Shown piece after piece: positions 18,252 to 27,521 of a stretch of DNA of 64,000 nucleotides. A model generated the notes under the pieces. That model saw only the letters and a list, made by a program, of their open reading frames with translations. It was not told where the DNA came from and searched no databases. The position numbers and the translations under genes were made by a program. The stretch's first letter is position 1; every line of letters starts with the position of its first letter. Source of the DNA: a virus. The stretch lies in the IMG/VR virus record IMGVR_UViG_3300037466_002724, positions 27,009-91,008 of that record; one strand, written 5' to 3'.

Positions 18252-19967
18252 ATGAGCGTATTTTTCAATGGTCGTAAGTGGACGTCGCCGGCCACCATGT
18301 CGGTGGTCGACGATAGCGCCATGAACAACAAGAACCTGACCGTCGGCAACGTGCTGGCGGTTATCGGTCGTTCGTCTGGCGGCCAGCCGAACACCGCGCT
18401 GCGCTTCGGCAACCCGAGCGAGGCGGTCGCCACCCTACGTGACGGCGAGCTTCTGACCGCGGTGCTCAAGGCATTCGATCCGAGCGCCCAGACCAACGGT
18501 CCGTCGGAAGTGGTCGCGGTCCGCGTCAACCCGGCAGTGCAGTCCGCCCTGACCCTGCTCAACTCGGCCAGCGGCCCGGCGATCGACCTGGTGTCGACCG
18601 ACTATGGTCTGTACACCAACCAGATCAAGGTCAAGGTGGAGGCTGGCTCGACTGCCGGCCTCAAGCTGACCACGCAGCTGGGCGACTCCTACTACACCGG
18701 CGACAACATCACCCGGAACGCATTCAGCGTGAATTACACCGGCGCCGCGGTGACCGCCGTGATGTCGATCACCGGGACCCAGATCACCCTGCAGGCCCCG
18801 TCTGGCAGCACGGTGTCCACGATCGACCTGGCCTCGTTCCCGACCGTGCAGCAGGTCGTCGACAAGATCAACTCGACCTCCGGCTTCACCGCGGCGGTCC
18901 TCGACGGCAATTCGACCGCTCCGACCCTGAACGGCCTGGACTACGTCACCGCCACCGACGTCAAAACCGCCCCCTATACCGCCAAGGCAGACCTGCAGGC
19001 AGCCGTGGACTGGTTCAACGGCATCGGCGAAGGCTTCATCTCGGCGACCCGCTCGACCAATGCCGGCGCCCCGCCGGTGGCCGTCGGCTACACCTACCTG
19101 GCTGGTGGTTCGGACGGCATCGTGACCAACAGCGAGTGGAGCTCGGCCTACACCACGCTGCAGACCGAAGACGTCCAGTGGGTGGTGCCCATCACTTCGG
19201 ACCCGTCGATCTTCGCGATGAACGACACCCACTGCGCGTTCATGTCTGGCCAGATGCGCAAGGAGCGCCGCGGCATCGTCGGCATGGCCTCCGGCTCCAC
19301 CGACGCCGCTGCGATCGCCGCCGCCAAGGCGCTGAACTCGGACCGCACCTCGCTTGTGCACCTGGGCTTCTACGACTACGACGCCACCGGAAAGCTGGTG
19401 CTGTTCCCGCCGTACATCCTGGCGGCGCTGCTCGCCGGCGCATTCAGCGGCGTGAACCCGGGTACCGCGCTGACCAACAAATCGGTCAAGGTGCGCGGCC
19501 TGGAGCGCAACCTGCGCAACCCGACCGACACCGACGTTCTGATCGATGCCGGTGTGCTGTGCGTCGAGAACACGCCGGCCGGCTACAAGGTAGTCAAGTC
19601 CATCAGCACCTGGCTGGTGAACGACAACTACAATCGCGTCGAGGTCTCGTGCGGCGTGGCGGTCGACTTCGTGGCGCGCAACGTTCGCGAGGCGCTGGAT
19701 GTGCTGCGTGGCGAGAAGGGTGGCCCAATCGTGCTGTCCCGTGCTGCCAGCATCGCGGACAGCACGCTGCGCGAGCTCGCGCGCCCTGAGCCGCAGGGCC
19801 CGGGCGTGATCGTCGGCGACAAGAACAGCCCGGCGTACAAGAACATCACCGTGGCTCTCGATGGCGACGTGCTGCGCGTCGAGTTCGAGTGCTCGCCGGT
19901 GATCCCGGTCAACTACATCCCGGTCACGATCCACGCTGTCCCGTACAGCGGCTCGGTCTCGATCTAA
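18252..19967 (+). CDS. Tail sheath protein
   Basis: 571 aa; IGRSSGGQPNT…LRDGELL and C-terminal SPVIPVNYI motifs of contractile sheaths. Confidence 0.9.
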   Translation: MSVFFNGRKWTSPATMSVVDDSAMNNKNLTVGNVLAVIGRSSGGQPNTALRFGNPSEAVATLRDGELLTAVLKAFDPSAQTNGPSEVVAVRVNPAVQSALTLLNSASGPAIDLVSTDYGLYTNQIKVKVEAGSTAGLKLTTQLGDSYYTGDNITRNAFSVNYTGAAVTAVMSITGTQITLQAPSGSTVSTIDLASFPTVQQVVDKINSTSGFTAAVLDGNSTAPTLNGLDYVTATDVKTAPYTAKADLQAAVDWFNGIGEGFISATRSTNAGAPPVAVGYTYLAGGSDGIVTNSEWSSAYTTLQTEDVQWVVPITSDPSIFAMNDTHCAFMSGQMRKERRGIVGMASGSTDAAAIAAAKALNSDRTSLVHLGFYDYDATGKLVLFPPYILAALLAGAFSGVNPGTALTNKSVKVRGLERNLRNPTDTDVLIDAGVLCVENTPAGYKVVKSISTWLVNDNYNRVEVSCGVAVDFVARNVREALDVLRGEKGGPIVLSRAASIADSTLRELARPEPQGPGVIVGDKNSPAYKNITVALDGDVLRVEFECSPVIPVNYIPVTIHAVPYSGSVSI

Positions 19968-19978
19968 GGAGCGCATAA

Positions 19979-20404
19979 ATGGCAAAGGTAAATCAAAACG
20001 TCCGCTCCGGTAACCGGATCGTCATCCAGCTCGACGGCAAGACCGTCGGTCTGATCCAGTCGGTTCGCATGAGCGACGACTATGCACCGGACGCTGCCAG
20101 CGGCATCGGCGACATCCACGTCACCGAGCACGTGCCGACCATCGCCCGCCACAGCATCTCGGTCAGCACCATGGTGATGAAGCGCGCGACGCTGCGCCAG
20201 CTCGGCATCGCCTCGGAGAACGGCGACGATGCCCTGACCGGCCGTGTGTTCGACATCGTCAGCTACGACAAGGACACGGGCGAGGAGCTGCGCAAGTACA
20301 TGGGCTGCACCTACGCCTCGGGCGATCTGGAGGTGAACAAGCACGCCATCGTCATGTCGTCCGGCACCTTCATGGCGCTGGATGTGTCCGGCATCGCGGC
20401 CTGA
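19979..20404 (+). CDS. Tail tube protein
   Basis: 141 aa after the sheath; SGNRIVIQLDGKTVGLIQS…IGDIHVTEHV. Confidence 0.8.
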   Translation: MAKVNQNVRSGNRIVIQLDGKTVGLIQSVRMSDDYAPDAASGIGDIHVTEHVPTIARHSISVSTMVMKRATLRQLGIASENGDDALTGRVFDIVSYDKDTGEELRKYMGCTYASGDLEVNKHAIVMSSGTFMALDVSGIAA

Positions 20405-20426
20405 CCCAGCTGCGCTACCGCGCCAG

Positions 20427-20449
20427 GGCCCGCTTCGGCGGGCCTTTTT
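20427..20449 (+). terminator. Intrinsic terminator
   Basis: GGCCCGC-TTCG-GCGGGCC-TTTTT. Confidence 0.85.
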
Positions 20450-20452
20450 CAT

Positions 20453-20468
20453 GTCGTGACCGTATCCT
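20453..20468 (+). promoter_or_regulatory. Putative phage late promoter
   Basis: GTCGTGAC-cg-TATCCT directly after the terminator. Confidence 0.7.
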
Positions 20469-20502
20469 CGGATCCAGATCGTCAACCCAACTTAGGAAAC
20501 CC

Positions 20503-20907
20503 ATGAGCCGTCCAGCCGCTGCCTCCGATTTCCCCGTCGACGTGCCCAACGTCGGCGCGTTCTTCTTCGCCAAGCGCATGCTGCGCGACGAGATGCGCAT
20601 CGCCGCCGAGTATTCTCGCCTCACCGAGGGCGTCGAGACGCCATCGACCTGGCTGGCAATCGTGGCTGGATGGATTTCGGCGCTCAAGGTGCTGACGGTT
20701 TCAGCCCCGCAGGGCTGGGACATCGACGCGATGGACCCGCTCGACCCGGCTACCTACGACAAGCTGCGCGACGTGCACTCGGCGCTGCGCGAAAAGGAGG
20801 ACTCCTTTCGCGCAGGGGCTGGAAAAGCGGGCCAAGCGAGCGGGCCGCGAGCTGGCGAAGTCGAAGGAGTTCTGGTTCCGGCGCAAGTACAATCTGGCGC
20901 CGACTGA
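20503..20907 (+). CDS. Tail assembly chaperone (short form)
   Basis: Between tube and tape measure; contains TCC TTT CGC at 20803-20811. Confidence 0.75.
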   Translation: MSRPAAASDFPVDVPNVGAFFFAKRMLRDEMRIAAEYSRLTEGVETPSTWLAIVAGWISALKVLTVSAPQGWDIDAMDPLDPATYDKLRDVHSALREKEDSFRAGAGKAGQASGPRAGEVEGVLVPAQVQSGAD

Positions 20908-21079
20908 TCCACGATTCCTCGACGCGACCTACGAACAGATCGAGATCGAATACTGGGCGCACGAATACGCGAACAAGCCGCCGGGCGAGGAGATCGAGGA
21001 CGATGATTTCGATCTCGGCGACGTCATGAAGCAAATGGAAGGGGAGGGTGACCTCGACGACTGGGGTCCGCCGCTATGA
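20807..21079 (+). CDS. Tail assembly chaperone frameshift extension (+1 frame), absent from the ORF track
   Basis: The +1 frame reads FAQGLEKRAKRAGRELAKSKEFWFRRKYNLAPTDPRFLDATYEQIEIEYWAHEY…DDWGPPL*; no usable ATG near its start; the stop overlaps the TMP ATG (ATGA). Confidence 0.75.
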   Translation, partial: FAQGLEKRAKRAGRELAKSKEFWFRRKYNLAPTDPRFLDATYEQIEIEYWAHEYANKPPGEEIEDDDFDLGDVMKQMEGEGDLDDWGPPL

Positions 21080-23967
21080 CCGGAATCAAAATCCCTGTCA
21101 GCGCCGATTTTGACGGCGCCGACCTTGAAAAGACCATCGCCAAGCTGAACGAGCAAATGAATCGGCTCGCTCAGGGGGTGGCGGCCGCGAACAAGGTCCA
21201 GTTCACCCCGGTCAGCAAGGGAACGCTCCAGGAGCTCAAGCAGGTCGAGGAGCGGTTCAAGGAGCTGACCAAGATTTCCGGCGCGCTGCGCGACCGGATC
21301 AAGGCGACCGGGCAGGGTGGCTCTTCGTTCGGCGGTCTCGACTGGACCCGTCTGTATGACGACCCGGTCATTCGTCAGCGCAAGATGATGCAGGCCTTCC
21401 AGCATGTCACGGCGGGGACGGCCTATGGCCTGCAGGTTCCGTCGCCGGCATCGCCTGGCGGCCGGCAGCCGGCGCCGCCGCCAAGCGAGCCGCCGCCGCC
21501 TCGGCGTCCGAATGGGCCGACCGTTGGCGGCACGTTGGGCGGCATCGCTGCGGCCGGCCTGCGCGCCACGGGCCCGGTGGGCGGTGTGGTGGCCAATGCC
21601 GGCGGCGCTGCGGCAGCTGGCGGCTTCTCGGCAGGCCTCATGGGTCTGTTCGGCGGCCTGGCCGCACTTGCCGTCGGCAAGGGCATCGGCGCGATCAAGG
21701 ACAAGGCGGACGCTGCCGGGCAGGAAGGCATCGGCTACGACACGATCAAGCGCACGCTGGGCGATGTGAACGTCAGTTTCAGCCTGCTGCGCGAATCGCT
21801 TCGGGCCGCTTCCTACGACATCGACACGACGTTCGAGCAGACCCAGAAGCTGGGCACCGACTTCGCCAAGCTGTCCGGCGTCACGCGCGACCAGTACAAG
21901 ACCATCGCCGAGGAGGTCAAAGTCGGCGGTGGTTTCGGTCGCAGCTTCGGCATGGATCCGGAGCAGTCGAACGCCTTCTTCGCCCAGATGCGCCAGTTCC
22001 GGGTCACCGAGAACGTCAACGACAGCCGGCGCCTGGCGCTGATGATCGGTGAGGCGGTCGGCAAATCCGGCCAGTTCGGCAAGATGGACGAGGTCCTGCA
22101 GGCCATCTCCGGTTTCGCAGCGACCCAGACGCGATCGAGCCTGGCCGGCGCCAACGTCGAGGGCTATGCCGGCCAGCTCGCCGGGTTCATGTCCTCGCGC
22201 ACGCCGGGCCTGGATGCGCAGGGGGCGGCGGCGCTGCTTGGGCGCGTCAACGGCGCGATCGCCGGCGGCGGCGCAATCGGCGAGGCCGGCCAGAACTATC
22301 TTTACAGCGCGCTCGGCAAGAAATACGGCCTCGACCCGGTCCAGACCGCGCTGCTCCAGCAGCAGGGTGCTTTCGGCACCGGGCGCACGGCGTTCGGCAG
22401 TGGCTCGCTCTACGCGCAGTTCTCCCGAAAATTCGGCGGCAGCGTGCCGGGCGCGGCGGCGAGCTCGGACGAGACCAACATCTCGACGATCCTCGCCAAG
22501 ATCCAGCGCGACTACGCCAGCAACCCCAGCCTGATGCTGAATGCCACGGCGCGCCTGCTTGGCGTGAATGAGAACCAGGCCATGGCGCTGCACACGATCG
22601 CGCCGCAGTCGCTGGGCGGCATCACCGGCCGCATGGGACGGCTGGGCCTGGATATGGGCTCGCTGTCGGCTACCGGCATTTCGGCGCTGGCCAACATTGA
22701 GACCGGCGATCGCACGACCCTGCTCGGCCAGGCCGCTGCGCTGCGCAAGAGCCGCAAGCCGCTGTCGGTCGAGGAGAACGCCCGACTGAACGACGCGATC
22801 GACAGCGGCAGCACCGAGAAGCTGCGCGATATCCTGACCGAGCTGACCTACTCGCGCGAGCAGGAGCAGACCGAGGGCAGCAAGACCCGCGAATCCATCC
22901 AGGGCGTCGACAAACGCATCCAGGAGCTCGCAACGCACCTGGTCGGCCCGATGAACGATATGCGCAATGCGTTGGTCTACCTGGCAGGCGGCAGGGAGAA
23001 ACTGGGCGCAACCGGCATCGCTGAGCGGGTGATGCGTACCGAGTCGGCTGAAAATATCGAGAACATGAAGGCCAAGAACGCGGCCGACATCGATGCGCAG
23101 CGGGCCATCATCAGCGACGTTGGCGTGAACGATGCCACCGGGAAGCTGGGCGCGCTGAGCGAGGAATACCGTAACAAGATCATGGGTGCTGGCTCGGAAC
23201 AGGAGAAGGAAGCGCTCCGGGAAGAGCTTAAGAAAAAGCGCGAGGCTCTGCTCGCGCGCCGCACCGAGGCCCAAAAGCGCATCGTCGATCTTCAGGAGGA
23301 AATGTCCAAAGCCGAGGAATCGGAAAAAAAGCGCCTTGAGACCGAGGTCCGCAAGTTGAAAATCCAGCCTGCCACGCCTGGCACGGGTGGCGACGCCTCG
23401 GCGGCCACCAAGCAGGAATTCCAGCAGCGGTATGGCGACGCGGCGCGCCGCGCTGGCACCGCCCTGGGCGTGGACCCGAAGTTCATACTGGCGCAGTGGG
23501 GCGTCGAAACCGGCTGGGGGCGCTCGATCATCCCGGGCACGAACAACCTGGGCAATATCAAAGACTTCCGCGGCCGCGGCGTCGCCGCGCGCGACAACGC
23601 GACCGGGCGCGTCGACAATTACCGCGCGTTCGACTCGATGGACGCATTTGCCGACCACTATGTGAGCCTGATCAAGCGCAAGTATCCGAATGCGGTCGGC
23701 GCTGGCTCCGACGGCGCCAAGTTCGCGGCCGGCCTGAATGGCTACGCCGAGGACGGCGCCTACGGGTCCAAGATCCTGCGCAGCAGCAACGGGCTATTCC
23801 CTGATTCGGCGCCGCTGCCGGCTGGCGGGCGCACACAGGCCGACCAGCAATCGCAGACCGTGAATTTCAACGGCGAGTTCACCCTGGTGACACCGTCCGG
23901 CCAGCGCGTGGGCGACCCGCTGCGCATGAACAAGCGCGTGGCGATGCCGACGCCGTCGGGGGGCTGA
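21076..23967 (+). CDS. Tape measure protein with C-terminal glucosaminidase (GH73/FlgJ-like) domain
   Basis: Ala/Gly-rich helical 963 aa; C-terminal AQWGVETGWGRS…NNLGNIK…YRAFDS…GYAED..Y motifs. Confidence 0.85.
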   Translation: MTGIKIPVSADFDGADLEKTIAKLNEQMNRLAQGVAAANKVQFTPVSKGTLQELKQVEERFKELTKISGALRDRIKATGQGGSSFGGLDWTRLYDDPVIRQRKMMQAFQHVTAGTAYGLQVPSPASPGGRQPAPPPSEPPPPRRPNGPTVGGTLGGIAAAGLRATGPVGGVVANAGGAAAAGGFSAGLMGLFGGLAALAVGKGIGAIKDKADAAGQEGIGYDTIKRTLGDVNVSFSLLRESLRAASYDIDTTFEQTQKLGTDFAKLSGVTRDQYKTIAEEVKVGGGFGRSFGMDPEQSNAFFAQMRQFRVTENVNDSRRLALMIGEAVGKSGQFGKMDEVLQAISGFAATQTRSSLAGANVEGYAGQLAGFMSSRTPGLDAQGAAALLGRVNGAIAGGGAIGEAGQNYLYSALGKKYGLDPVQTALLQQQGAFGTGRTAFGSGSLYAQFSRKFGGSVPGAAASSDETNISTILAKIQRDYASNPSLMLNATARLLGVNENQAMALHTIAPQSLGGITGRMGRLGLDMGSLSATGISALANIETGDRTTLLGQAAALRKSRKPLSVEENARLNDAIDSGSTEKLRDILTELTYSREQEQTEGSKTRESIQGVDKRIQELATHLVGPMNDMRNALVYLAGGREKLGATGIAERVMRTESAENIENMKAKNAADIDAQRAIISDVGVNDATGKLGALSEEYRNKIMGAGSEQEKEALREELKKKREALLARRTEAQKRIVDLQEEMSKAEESEKKRLETEVRKLKIQPATPGTGGDASAATKQEFQQRYGDAARRAGTALGVDPKFILAQWGVETGWGRSIIPGTNNLGNIKDFRGRGVAARDNATGRVDNYRAFDSMDAFADHYVSLIKRKYPNAVGAGSDGAKFAAGLNGYAEDGAYGSKILRSSNGLFPDSAPLPAGGRTQADQQSQTVNFNGEFTLVTPSGQRVGDPLRMNKRVAMPTPSGG

Positions 23968-23968
23968 C

Positions 23969-25474
23969 ATGGCGCAGCGCGACGTCCCGGTTCTCCAGCC
24001 GCAATTCAAGGTAACCCTGTTCAAGACCGTCAAGCGGGAGACCATCGACGGGTCCGAGAAGGTATCGGTTCGCTACGGCGCGACCACCAAGACCATCGAC
24101 CTGACGCCGTTCCTGACCGACCAGTCCACGATCTCGACGTCCAAGTCGGTGCGCGAGCCGGCCGGCGCGTTCGCCATCACGGTGTCCGACCAGCCGTACG
24201 CGGTGGCGGCCGGCGCCGATACCCTGGCGGGCGTGGTCGAGCCCATGGACATGGTCGAGATCCGGTTCCGTCACGTGCCGAACGGCTCGCCAGAACTACC
24301 CGTGGTCATGCGCGGCTTTGTGTCGGACGTGTCGCGCAGCGAGTTCGTCGATAACGAGGGCCGGCCGATTCGCACCGTCACCATCACCGGCCAGGACTAT
24401 GGCAAGCTGTGGCAGCTGTTGCAGCTTTTCTATGGCCCAGGCTACGTGATCGGCCAGGACATCATCTCCGCTTACCAGATGTTCGAACGGTTCGGCGCCG
24501 GGATGAAGATCGGGCAGAAGGGTTCCGAATTTTTGCAGGAAACCTTCGACAAGATCCTGAACCCGTACGTCAAGGACATCGTGTCGGGCAACTCCAGCAA
24601 CCCGTCTACGATCGAGGTGAAGGCGCTCCAGAAGCACGGCGTCACCTCGATTTCCGGTACCCAGAACCAGGAGGGCGCGCTGTACGACCTGCTGCGCCGC
24701 TTCCTGGACGTGGGCACCTGGAACGAACTCTTCATCACCGAGGACGACGACAAGGTCTACTGCATCTACCGGCCGAACCCATACCTGGATGTGCACGGCA
24801 AGCCGATCGACCCGGACACCCAGGCGCCGGCGGCCTACAGCGCCGGCGATAAGGACCCGACCAAGCTGGTCTACTACGACGTGCCGGCGGCCGACATCCG
24901 CTCGATGAGTGTTTCGCGCAGCGATGCCAACGTCGCGAACTACTACTGGGTGCGGGCGCCGCGCTACGAGATGGTCAGCGACATCTACCAGAAGCAGGCC
25001 GGCGCGACGTCCGGCGACAAGAAAACCATCGACCTGACCGACTACGTCAATACCAAGGGCAAGCTGTACGGCATCCGCAAGATGGAGGACTCTACCGAGA
25101 TGGGCGGCGACGACGTGACCAACACGGCGTCAGGTGTGTCCGAGGACGAGAAGACCAAGCGCGACACCAGCGTGGCCAACTGGATCAAGAACCGCCGCCA
25201 GCTGCTGGTCGAGATGAACCGCGATAACGTGCTGCTCGAGCGTGGCACGCTGACGATCAAGGGCAACGAGGCTATCCGCGCCGGCAACTACCTGAAACTA
25301 CACCGCGGCACGTTCACGGCACTGTATTACATCGTGAACGTCGAGCACCAGTTTTCGCCCTTCAACAACTTCTTGACCGTGCTGACCGTGGACCGCGGCC
25401 TGGGCTTCGTCGAGCGCATGCGCAAGAACGGCGGACCCGAGTCACCTTATTACGCTGAAATGGCGAGCACCTGA
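23969..25474 (+). CDS. Baseplate hub-like protein
   Basis: Follows TMP; ITGQDYGK and C-terminal GTLTIKGN..IRAG…YYIVNVEHQF motifs. Confidence 0.7.
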   Translation: MAQRDVPVLQPQFKVTLFKTVKRETIDGSEKVSVRYGATTKTIDLTPFLTDQSTISTSKSVREPAGAFAITVSDQPYAVAAGADTLAGVVEPMDMVEIRFRHVPNGSPELPVVMRGFVSDVSRSEFVDNEGRPIRTVTITGQDYGKLWQLLQLFYGPGYVIGQDIISAYQMFERFGAGMKIGQKGSEFLQETFDKILNPYVKDIVSGNSSNPSTIEVKALQKHGVTSISGTQNQEGALYDLLRRFLDVGTWNELFITEDDDKVYCIYRPNPYLDVHGKPIDPDTQAPAAYSAGDKDPTKLVYYDVPAADIRSMSVSRSDANVANYYWVRAPRYEMVSDIYQKQAGATSGDKKTIDLTDYVNTKGKLYGIRKMEDSTEMGGDDVTNTASGVSEDEKTKRDTSVANWIKNRRQLLVEMNRDNVLLERGTLTIKGNEAIRAGNYLKLHRGTFTALYYIVNVEHQFSPFNNFLTVLTVDRGLGFVERMRKNGGPESPYYAEMAST

Positions 25475-26343
25475 TGACGATTCGATATGGCGTCGTGGTT
25501 GCGACGCACCCCGAGGACCACTCGGTCGACCTGGTGATGACTGACGACTACTCGCGCCTGGCAGGCGTGCAGGTCCTGACTTCGAACGGCAACGGCGCTT
25601 ATGGGCGCAACGACCTGTACGCGCCGGACGAGAAGTCGGACGATGCGAAGTGGGACCTGAGCAAGGTCGGCCCCAAGAACCCGATCGCAGCGGTCGCGTT
25701 CGGGCTGGGCATGGCGGTGGTGATCGGCTTCCGCTTCCCGCAGGTCAACGGGCTGACCTTCAACGAGAAGAACCTGCGGGTCGACCGGCATTCGTCCGAG
25801 GTCTACTCGACGTTGAACGATGCCGGCGACTACGAGATGGCCTGGCCGAATGGCACCTTCGTGCGCGTGGGTGCCAGCCCGGACCACGTCGACCTGAACG
25901 GCAAGGGCACCGACAGCAAGTGGGCGACCGACAAGAACACCGGCGCGCAGATGCACCTGCGCCTGGTGCTGGGCGCCGGCAAGCTGGACTTTCATGTGGA
26001 TCCCGACGGTAACGTGGTGATGACCCATGATGGCGACCTGACCCTGCACACCAAGGGCAAGGCGACCGTCAACGTAGACGGCACGGCCGACATCACCGTG
26101 GGCGGCGACACGAAGCTGACGACCCCGAAGCTGACGGTAGACGCCCCGGAATCGACGTTCACCGGGCACGTTACGATCGAGGGTGGGCTGTCGGTGTCCG
26201 GCGGCACGGGCACCACCGCGGCGATCGCCGGCGACCTGGCCGTGACGGGTGGCGACGTGAAGGCCGACGCTATCAGCCTGAAACAGCACAAGACCTCGGG
26301 CGTCGTGCCAGGCAGCGGCACCAGTAACGTCCCGGTCCCCTGA
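25474..26343 (+). CDS. Baseplate spike (gpV-like)
   Basis: N-terminal OB-like region, beta-helix-like repeats, C-terminal SLKQHKT…SGTSNVP. Confidence 0.8.
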   Translation: MTIRYGVVVATHPEDHSVDLVMTDDYSRLAGVQVLTSNGNGAYGRNDLYAPDEKSDDAKWDLSKVGPKNPIAAVAFGLGMAVVIGFRFPQVNGLTFNEKNLRVDRHSSEVYSTLNDAGDYEMAWPNGTFVRVGASPDHVDLNGKGTDSKWATDKNTGAQMHLRLVLGAGKLDFHVDPDGNVVMTHDGDLTLHTKGKATVNVDGTADITVGGDTKLTTPKLTVDAPESTFTGHVTIEGGLSVSGGTGTTAAIAGDLAVTGGDVKADAISLKQHKTSGVVPGSGTSNVPVP

Positions 26344-26356
26344 CCGGCGGGCGCCC

Positions 26357-26372
26357 GTCGTGACGCTACGAT
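26357..26372 (+). promoter_or_regulatory. Putative phage late promoter (leaderless)
   Basis: GTCGTGAC-gc-TACGAT, 6 nt before ATG 26379. Confidence 0.75.
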
Positions 26373-26378
26373 GGGCGC

Positions 26379-27521
26379 ATGAACCTTTCCCCGGCTCAAA
26401 GTCAGAAGGCGGAAGATCGCCCGATCTCATTCATCCTCGACGCCAGCGGCGGCGCGGACGAGGTGACTTTGTTCATCCGGCCGGAGGAGATGACGCGCAC
26501 GCATCCGTCGCGCACCTCGGTCAACCAGACCCTTGGCGGGGCCTGGATCGATAGCTTCGGCGAGGGGCTGGAGACGGCCACGATCACCGGCACGCTCGGC
26601 TGGCGCACCGGCCCGGACGGGCAAGATGGCGCCCAGCGCCTGCTCACGATGCGCGAGAAGACCTACACCGAATGGCACAAGCAGCGCCACGCGGCGGTCG
26701 ATCGCGGCGATGATCCGAACGGTGTCAAGCTGCGGTTCGTGGACGCGCTCAACAGCTACTCCAGCGTGATCGTGCCGCTGACCTGGGAGGTTCGGCGCAG
26801 CAAGAGCCGGCCGCTGCTAGCGAGCTACCGTATCTCGTTTATTGCGGTCGGCAAGGCCGGCGCGCCGGGCGGTATCTCCGGCCTGCTGCTCGGGGCTGGC
26901 GGATTCGGTGACGTACAGGGCCTCGGCCTGAACAGCCTGTTCTCGTCCCTGGGCGAGATCAACCGCGCCATCAACACGGCAAAGAGCTTCGTCAACAACA
27001 CGGTCCTGGCGCCGGTGACCGGCTTCCTGCGCCTGTCGAGCCAGGTTTTCACCCAGGTGCACGGCACGATCCAGAACGGCCTGTCCCTGGCCGATCCGTT
27101 CATCCAGGTCGCGCACAACATCGCCCAGACCGGAGTCAACGTGTTCCGGACACTGGCCTCGGTCGCGAACATCCCGATGGAGGCCAAGGCCGCGCTGATG
27201 CAGGTGGCTGGCGCCTACAGCAACATCTTCTGCGTGCTGAAAAACTCGCTCAAGAAGTCGGCGACCTACGAGGACTACAACCCGCTGTACGGCGCATCGA
27301 ACTGCTCGTCGACGGGTGGCGGCTTGCCGCCGTCGCAGTATGCGGACCAGAACCCGTTCTACTACGTGTCCCCTTCCGCAACCAACTCGGTCGGCGTCTC
27401 CCCGCGCGCCAGTGCCGCCCTCAATGACTTGGCGCAGCGCGACATCGTCCTGACGCCGTTGCCGCTGTCGACGATCGGCACATCGCTAACTGATGTGAAT
27501 GCGGGGGTGCTGCTGGCATGA
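26379..27521 (+). CDS. Baseplate protein (tube-initiator-like)
   Basis: IRPEEM…QTLGGAWIDSFGEG..TITGTLGW…RSKSRPLL motifs; baseplate context. Confidence 0.6.
   Translation: MNLSPAQSQKAEDRPISFILDASGGADEVTLFIRPEEMTRTHPSRTSVNQTLGGAWIDSFGEGLETATITGTLGWRTGPDGQDGAQRLLTMREKTYTEWHKQRHAAVDRGDDPNGVKLRFVDALNSYSSVIVPLTWEVRRSKSRPLLASYRISFIAVGKAGAPGGISGLLLGAGGFGDVQGLGLNSLFSSLGEINRAINTAKSFVNNTVLAPVTGFLRLSSQVFTQVHGTIQNGLSLADPFIQVAHNIAQTGVNVFRTLASVANIPMEAKAALMQVAGAYSNIFCVLKNSLKKSATYEDYNPLYGASNCSSTGGGLPPSQYADQNPFYYVSPSATNSVGVSPRASAALNDLAQRDIVLTPLPLSTIGTSLTDVNAGVLLA

Noticed and set aside
20670-21029. -1 frame ORF as the chaperone frameshift product
   Set aside because: No convincing XXXYYYZ slippery site, the product is Arg/Ser-rich and not protein-like, and it does not reach the TMP start; the +1 frame does.
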